Source: Chrysomallon squamiferum
Taxonomy: Eukaryota > Animalia > Mollusca
Direction: 5' to 3'
Assembly: GCA_012295275.1 (NCBI GenBank)
Contig: CM022679.1
Location: forward strand, 14,198,001 to 14,262,000
Length of the DNA stretch: 64,000 bases
Shown: positions 56,449 through 64,000 of the stretch, one piece after another
Layout of the letters: each line of letters begins with the position of its first letter
Numbering within the stretch: position 1 is the stretch's first letter
Position numbers and translations under genes: made by a program
The notes under the pieces: model-generated
Databases searched by the model: none
The model's input: only the letters and a program-made list of their open reading frames with translations
Told to the model about the DNA's origin: nothing

Positions 56449-59400
56449 CAAAACAAAGAAAAAAGGTAACAGGCATTTTCAAATCTTTAAACTTAGTTAA
56501 CTGATATTCCACTTTTTGTTATGTCAGGTTAGCTGGTTAGCTGGTTAGTAGGTTAGTGACCCATATAACACACACTGTTACAAATACCTTGTTTAGCTGT
56601 GAGCCAAAAAATCCTGAAAATAACTCGTTTTAAAATTTGATTAGAAAGAACTAGTTACTAAACTCGATGAAGGGAGAGAACTCCAGTAGACTTGTTTATA
56701 GTTTTCTACAGTTGTAGTAGAACATTGACTTTTAGCTCAGTTGATGAATTTATTGGAGCATGTTGACTCAGTTGATGTCATAAATAGATGAACTGTATTA
56801 AGAGTGCAGAGTTAGTTATTCTGGGGAAGTCATTAGTACACATGTGTTCATATCATTTTGTTTCTCTGTACTTATTAACACTACACTAGGTGGTTTCCTT
56901 TTTTTTTTCCTTTTTTTTTTTTAATACAAACTCCACCTGTTTAGAAAATTTATATCAGTAATCTGATTTTATTAATATCTCTGTAATAACTTATTACAAA
57001 CTATTTTTTGTTTGTTTTGTATATTGAAACAGTATTTCAAAATATATTTCATTTATTACTTTAAAATGATAATAATAATAACAATTATGATCATTATTAT
57101 TATTGTTTTTGTTGTTGTTACTATAATCATCATCATCATCATCATTATTATAGTTACTATTATTTATATCTGCTTGAGAAGACTTGAAACTTAAAAGCAA
57201 TAGAAAAATATAGAGCACTGTCTTAAAAGATTTTCTTCTTTTTTTTCTTCACTTTTTTGTCAAAAAAGATTAAAGAAAGTAAAGTTTGGGACTCAGTCTT
57301 AATATTGTATTTGCATTGTCATTAAATATGTGCAAAAATTGTTCCTTCATTCTGTTTTAACTAATAAACTAAACAGAATATGTTACTGAAATTTTTGAGG
57401 TAATTTGTAAATACTACTGTAATGTAATACAATGTAAATACACTTAAAGCAAATTTTTAACATTTAAAGCATATATTTTAACTAATTTGCAGTTACACAT
57501 TGTTACATTGTTTTAACATTGTGTAATACTTACACAGAAGTACTTTAACAAAGTAACACTTGTTACTAAATAGTTATTTATTAATAATGTAACAGTAGTT
57601 ATAAAGTATTTACCTATTTATTAGTAATATAACATTTTAATAAATTATAACAGTTCTTGTAACAGTGTAACATTAGTTTTAAAAGACTTCTTTGTTTATG
57701 TAACATTTCTGAAGCATTTCTTTGTAAACACTTTAACACCAGTTATGAAGTCAGGCTTTTAAAAGAAACTAAGTTATTTTTGTAGTGTGATTTTTAGATC
57801 TTTGTTTGACACGTTCTGTTTGTTTCTCACTGGGAAGCTTTGTCTGCTGGTCAGTTTGGCGTCATGTGGTCAGTCTCAACAAATACCTGCACTGTCCATT
57901 TACACACTGTCTGCTGCTGCTGTTGATCTGTGAGAAGAAATAAATTTGTTCTTCTGTCTTGATAATTTCAACTTAAATATAACTGGCTGGCTTTTCATCA
58001 TTCTTCTTCTTTGGGTTCTTTTTTCTTTCTTTTCTTTTCTTCTTCTACTGTAAATTTTTTATTTTTTTTTATTTTTTTTAAATTTAATTTTTTCTGTGTG
58101 CATAATATCTGTTTGAGATTCACAGTTGCACCTGTTTGTCCCTATTTTTCACCAGCTGCAATTAAGTTCAGTAAATATAACGTTTTGAAAGTTATAAATA
58201 TCTTCGTTATTGTACTTTCCTTCTTTTTTTTTATTTTTTTTTTTTACCCCTTGCCCTGGGGTGTTTTCTGTATGTATGTGTAAATATGTATGTGTGACTG
58301 TCTGTCTATATGCCTGTGAGCCCTGAGTCTGAATATATGTGCATAAGTCTGATTTTGTGTTATTTATACTTACGTATATATCCATTAATAGGTATGTGTA
58401 GATTTATTTGGACAGTATTACAGTTGCTACTTAAAACAGATTTTTATAAATTATCACCACTTATTTACAAAAATGAACAAGAAATCAACACAATGCCTTT
58501 TTAAATCACATTTTAACTGGGCCAGAAAGAAAGAAAGAAAAAACCCACAAAAAAAACACAACAATACCTTGTAAATAAATAGCCCTTAAAACAGATATTA
58601 ATGACTATACTGAGCTAAAATAGAAAAAAATACTGCTATTATGTAACTATTTCATTTCATCCCACCCAAGCTAGAAGACAGTCTACCCATCTGTGTTAGA
58701 CAACCAGCTTTTAATGTAACACACACACACTCACACGCATACACAAAACTACATACAGACACACAAACACATACACACACACAGACACACACACACACAC
58801 ACACACACACTCAGACACATACATGCACAAAAACACACACACAGTATATTTTTAATAATGGTACCTATTAAATATGTATTATATAGTATTAACAGGGATC
58901 AGTTATATGACCAGGTATAAATAAAATCTCTTATTATATAAACATAATTACAGGTTTCCTATTTTTTCTTCTTTACTTAATGCAAACAAAGGTTGTTACT
59001 TATTTATTTATTTACTTATTTATTTATTTGTTTGTTTTTATTTCATGTTCATATTGTATATTTTACTTTTAAAATTTACAGTTAAAATTCTAACACACTG
59101 GTTTCTGTGCCCAGTTGATTTAAGAACATCACAAATTAAAAATGGAATAAAATAGAACATGCCATGTTTTGGGAGTGTGGTTTGCTACTGTAGAAGCCTT
59201 GTAAAATAAGTTTTAAACATGATTCATTTTATGGAGTGTTTATTGCAGTGTTGAATCTTGATACATCTGTGTGGATCATTGTTTTGGGTTTTTTTTACAG
59301 TATAATATGTACATTACCTAAACAGTGCTTGTTATGAATGGTGTATATATAACATGATCGCTAATGAATGGTTTGTTTTAATTTCAGTTATGTAATCAAT

Positions 59401-59559
59401 ATATCTTGTTTCAGACATTTTTTTGAAAAGAAAGGTAAACCAGTAGATGTTTAATATTGGCGTCTTGTAAGTCTTCATGCATATGGTAGTATCAGTAAAA
59501 GATTCCTGACATCTGAAAAAAAAATAAAAATAAAAATAAATAAAAAATGTACCCTTGTA

Positions 59560-59707
59560 AACTGATTATGGCTTTACTCTCTAATTATGTCCATTACACT
59601 TAACCCCTGTATGTGAATTATCCTTAACCACATACGTGGCACCACATAAACCATACATTACAAAAGTGTTGAGTGCATCATTGTTGAATAAAACATTTCT
59701 TCCTTTT
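59560..59707 (+). mobile_element. SINE 3' tail fragment of the same family
   Basis: ccttaaccacatacg..aaaagtgttgagtgcatcattgttgaataaaacatttcttcc resembles the tail at 53810-53876. Confidence 0.6.
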
Positions 59708-61088
59708 GTTGCTGTGAAAGCTTTATACCAGGTGAATGGGTAGGAATGCCTGTATTTGGTGTCAAGTCTTTCGGGCTAATTTAACAAAACACTTTACGAG
59801 GTTTACCGTTTGACAGGACACTGTGACCGTGTCATGCTTTTGGTGTGGACTGCAATTAACATCGGCTACGTGGAAGATGCTGGTAGTTGCTAAACTGTCG
59901 GCCAAATGTTGGCAAATTTTTCGGATACCTGCAACAGGTGAGTCTTTGATTGTACCTGTGTGTTTGTTGTCACCTGTCAGAGACGAGAGGTGTGACATGG
60001 AAGTCCTGAAGGTAAAGTTTATTGCCCTTGTTGTTCAACAGATATTGATTGTGTATTTCTCTTCTGTATTACGTTTTGGTATTTGCAGAAAATAAAATTT
60101 AATTTTTATTCTGATTTTTAAAGAGAAAGATAATTACTTTGTGGATTAACCTATTTGTATGATCACCTGTTTTTTAAAATCATCTTTTCACATTATAAAA
60201 ATTATAATTTTATTTCTGTTTATTGTTTGTGTGTATATACACATAGTTATAGACTGACAGATAGACTGATATACATATATATAATTAAACTGGGAAAGTC
60301 TTCAACTGACATGATTTGATGTCAATGTCATCATAGGAAATGATTTCTGTTTATACTTAAAATTTTAAAGGGAGTGGGAGATGATGTTTAAAAATTCTCT
60401 TTTATATTCCAGTAATGATAACATAATTTTATTAAAATTAGCTGTTTTTTAAAAAATAAATATAATAGTAATAAATAATTTTTAAACTCAAACTTTTGAA
60501 CAAATAAATTAAATATGACATAATATATAAATTTTATTTTTTTGTTATTTAAATAAAAACAATAAGAATAACAACAACAGCAATAAAAATTACTACATCA
60601 TTGGTGATGATGATGATGTTGATGATGATAATAGTAATAATAACAAAAACAAAAAGAAACCCCCCAAAACCCCCCCAAAAAACAAACAATAATAGTAATA
60701 TCAATTAAGATAAAAAAACACACATCTAGAGGTTAAACACTTAGTTACTTTGGATTCATACATCTCGTATATCAAATCAAAAATGCTAATGATCTCAGCT
60801 ACAGAGTGTGTGTATAAGTGGTCACCCTTGTGGTTAGGGTTATAAAAGACACAGTTTAACAGACAAACAGCTCTGTTTAGGGTCTGTTAACCCTCCTAAG
60901 TGGCCTCGTCTGCTTGTCTTTGTGTGGACAGATGACAGCCAGACACAAGATTTCAGTGTTAAGCTGTTTGCACACAGGGATAATCTGGCGGCAAATACCG
61001 TAGTCTCGCAGTAATCTCGTGTACACGCACATTTCCCTGCAGGCAGTAGTAGGTGGAGGAATGCAGCATGCAGGTCACTGATGTGGCC

Positions 61089-61550
61089 TGAATGTAGTGT
61101 GAATGTAGTGTGAATGTTGTGTGAATGTTGTGTGAATGTAGTGTGAGTGTAATGTGAGTGTATGTGTAGTGTGAATGTAATGAATATGAGTGTAATGTGA
61201 ATGTAATGTGAATGTAATGTGAATGTAGTGTGACTGTAGTATGAATGTCTATGTAGTGTGAATGTAGTGTGAATGTAGTGTGACTAGTGTGAATGTAGTG
61301 TGAATGTAATGTGAATGTAGTGTGAGTGTAATGTGAGTGTAATGTGAATGTAATGTGAATGTAGTGTGACTGTAGTATGAATGTCTATGTAGTGTGGCTG
61401 TAGTGTGAATGTGATGTGAATGTAGTGTGACTGTAGTGTGAATGTAGTGTGAATGTAGTGTGACTAGTGTGAATGTAGTGTGACTGTAGTGTGTGTTGAC
61501 TGTAGTGTGAATGAATGGCACAGTGTGATGTGATGTGGATGTAGTGTGAT
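61089..61550. repeat. 11-bp minisatellite (TGAATGTAGTG)n
   Basis: Direct reading shows ~40 imperfect copies; this is the source of the spurious His/Thr-rich ORF. Confidence 0.93.
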
Positions 61551-61574
61551 GGACAGATGGATGGATGGGACAAT

Positions 61575-61810
61575 CTGAATGAATGAGTGAAATGGAAATG
61601 GGATAGTGTGAGTGAATGAAAGAATAAATGGGATAGCATGAGTGAAAGAATAAATGAATGAGACAGTGTGAGCGAATGAATGAATAGGTTGGATAGTGTA
61701 AGTGAATGAAAGAATGGATGAATGAAATAGTATGAGTGAATGAAAGAATAAATAAGTGGGATAGTGTGAGTGAATGAAAGAATAAATAAGTGGGATAGTG
61801 TGAGCAAATT
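61575..61810. repeat. 30-34-bp minisatellite
   Basis: gagtgaatgaaagaataaataagtgggatagtgt-like units occur about 7 times. Confidence 0.85.
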
Positions 61811-62460
61811 AATGAGATACTAACTTGGTTCCACTCAGACTGAGTATTTGTTTAACTAAGCTATCACAGGATAAAAATGTTTTATTTTCTTAATTAAAGT
61901 TTACCTTACAGGTTGTAAAACTGCTCCTTTTTCAGATTTATTCATTTATTCATTTATTTACTCATTGTTTGTTTACTTCTTTATTGAAATAAGCTTTAGA
62001 GCTTGGTGGTTTAATTAATCCTTGTTGTTTATTTATTTATTTATTCATTCATTTATTTATTTCATACATTAAGCCATAGGGCTGGATATTATTTGCAGTC
62101 TTTATTAACATATAAGTATAAATAATGTATCATATTAAGTTGTTGGGTTTTTTCTTTCTTTCTTTTCTTTGTTTTGTAAATATTGTTTTTCTTTCTTAGG
62201 CTTAAGTTCAGATATTTATTATCATAATGTTACATAATATTAATTCATATGGTTATACACAGACACGAGCTGAATGATTATACGTTCATTTTCACATTAA
62301 TCTTATACTTAATGCTTTTAAAATCTACATGTTTTGTATCGTATTTTAGTCATTAATATTACTATGTCTCTTAAAAGGAAGTTTTTGTAATAATATACAG
62401 TGGGTACTACAACGAAAGAAAAAATGTTTCTGATGTGTTTTTAACAGTATACATTTAGTG

Positions 62461-62494
<34 letters not shown>

Positions 62495-62893
62495 AAAAAA
62501 ATAAAACAACAACAAAAAACAAAAAAAAAAAAATGACCAAACAAATCAAACAACAACAAGAAATTTGAAAAAAACAGACAAATTTTTCTTTTGATGAATT
62601 TAATATAGAATTACAGTGGCCTTACACTTGACTGTGAGTAGAAGGTGGTACAATATCTACTGTTATTCATGTCATTATCTGAACTTACCTCAGGCAGTAT
62701 CTAGCATCAAGACATCTTTTATTTTCATTTTTAGCATTATATATTTTTTTGTTAATTATTGACATATTTTAATCTTTTTAAAAATTACATTTCATTTTAT
62801 TTATATATTTATTTATTTAATATTTTAATTTAATTTAATTTAAAAATAATTTCTTTATTTATTTTTTTTCTTTATTTATATTTTATTTTATTA

Positions 62894-62936
<43 letters not shown>

Positions 62937-64000
62937 ATATATATTTTTTTAAATATTGTTTAAATCTTTTACATCAAGTGAGACCTTGTAACAAACATAA
63001 TTTGTGTTAATTTGCATATAAAATTTGATGGCCTCCTTTTGACATTAAAATTCTATTTTACTGTGTTTATAATTTCAACATATTTTTGGAAAAGTTATCA
63101 GCAAGACATATGGTTTGTGTGAAGATCTTAAAAAAGTGCATTTCTGTATATCAAGGGGTGAAAAAAAAAACCAACATTTAAATTTTATTTTTATTTTTTA
63201 TGATTCTTCTGTTGCTGATATGAACCAGACCTTCTTTGATAAAATATAGCGTTTTAAAAACTAATGGCAAATTTATATATCCCATCTTTTAACTCCTGAT
63301 TCTGGTGCCAGTTGGAGGCCTTCAAGAGGTTACATGAAATCAGGTTAACACTTCCATAAGTTTAAAAATAGACTCTGTTTTATTGTCTGTTTTATTTTGG
63401 TAACTTGGTCGTAACGACTGTAATTTCCTTCTTTTATTTTTTATTTTTTTTTCAAAATAATTTTTCTCAGCTTTCTCAGCCATTCTGCACCAAATCCTCT
63501 TGCAGGGCACACACATACATAATGTAATCTGCAGATTATTATTTTTTTTCTTTTGCTCTATCCATAAATCAGCACAACAGGTGAGTGAAAAGATATTACC
63601 TTAATCCCAGCAAAAATCTTCAGAAAAATCTTCTCTGCAATTAAACTTGATGAGTGGGGTTTGAGTAAACACCTAGTTGTTGTTTTTTTTGAATGTTTTT
63701 TTTTCTCTCTCTCTCTCTCTCTCGCAAGACTTTGGCTTAAACACACCTGCATGTGCCATATATGGGTTTCTGTGTGGGGCGCTGGAATGACCCCGAGTGT
63801 TCTTGAAGATGAGTAACCATGTGACTGAAGGAATGCACCAAGTTCCAAATTTAGACTAACCTGTTTGATGTGATTCACTCATCCAGTATTATTATTATCT
63901 TCACGTCAGGGGTGTTAAAAAAAAAAAAAAAAAAAAAAAAATAAAAAGATAAAAAAAATAAAATAAAATAAAGTCTTGTAAGTGTGTTTTTACCAGGAAA

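Noticed and set aside
14158-56770. About a dozen scattered AP-1 (TGASTCA) motifs
   Set aside because: Dispersed, and not clearly above chance for a 7-mer at this base composition.
61249-61807. His/Thr/Ser-rich ORFs that could suggest a metal-binding or biomineral protein
   Set aside because: They are the reverse complement of 11-bp and 30-34-bp minisatellites whose periods are mostly not multiples of three; no ATG start or splice support.

Overview
Eukaryotic, very AT-rich, microsatellite-dense animal genomic DNA. The SINE remnants resemble tRNA-derived Meta/MESC-domain SINEs of gastropod molluscs, so a mollusc is likely (inference). Almost all ORFs in the supplied track are microsatellite or low-complexity artefacts. 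Real coding sequence is four small exons of two head-to-head genes sharing a ~650-bp CpG-containing promoter at ~32.7-33.35 kb. On the minus strand are exons 1-3 of a RAP1GDS1/SmgGDS (vimar) orthologue: MDNLAPLLEKLKIAEDHSEKIKCLEKLIELIPENDDEREDITQTVVNSGILDSVHKLLTESEHKDVSSKCSQLLAELAKT, with introns of ~12 kb and ~15 kb. On the plus strand is the first coding exon of an N-terminal-PDZ gene (PDLIM/Zasp/synaptopodin-2-like), followed by an apparent intron of >30 kb. The introns hold a 2.1-kb 53-bp satellite, many local tandem duplications at all stages of decay, and SINE remnants. The most unusual structures are: (i) a tandem array built from the 3' end and splice donor of RAP1GDS1 exon 3, giving a ladder of extra 5' splice sites with one frame-preserving copy; (ii) a pre-miRNA-like hairpin with a miR-31-type seed; (iii) candidate stop-start/uORF and alternative-first-exon features in the PDZ gene; (iv) a tandem array apparently grown from a SINE tRNA head. 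No prokaryotic features, CRISPR, rRNA or intact tRNA were seen. All homology calls are from recognition by eye, not from database searches.
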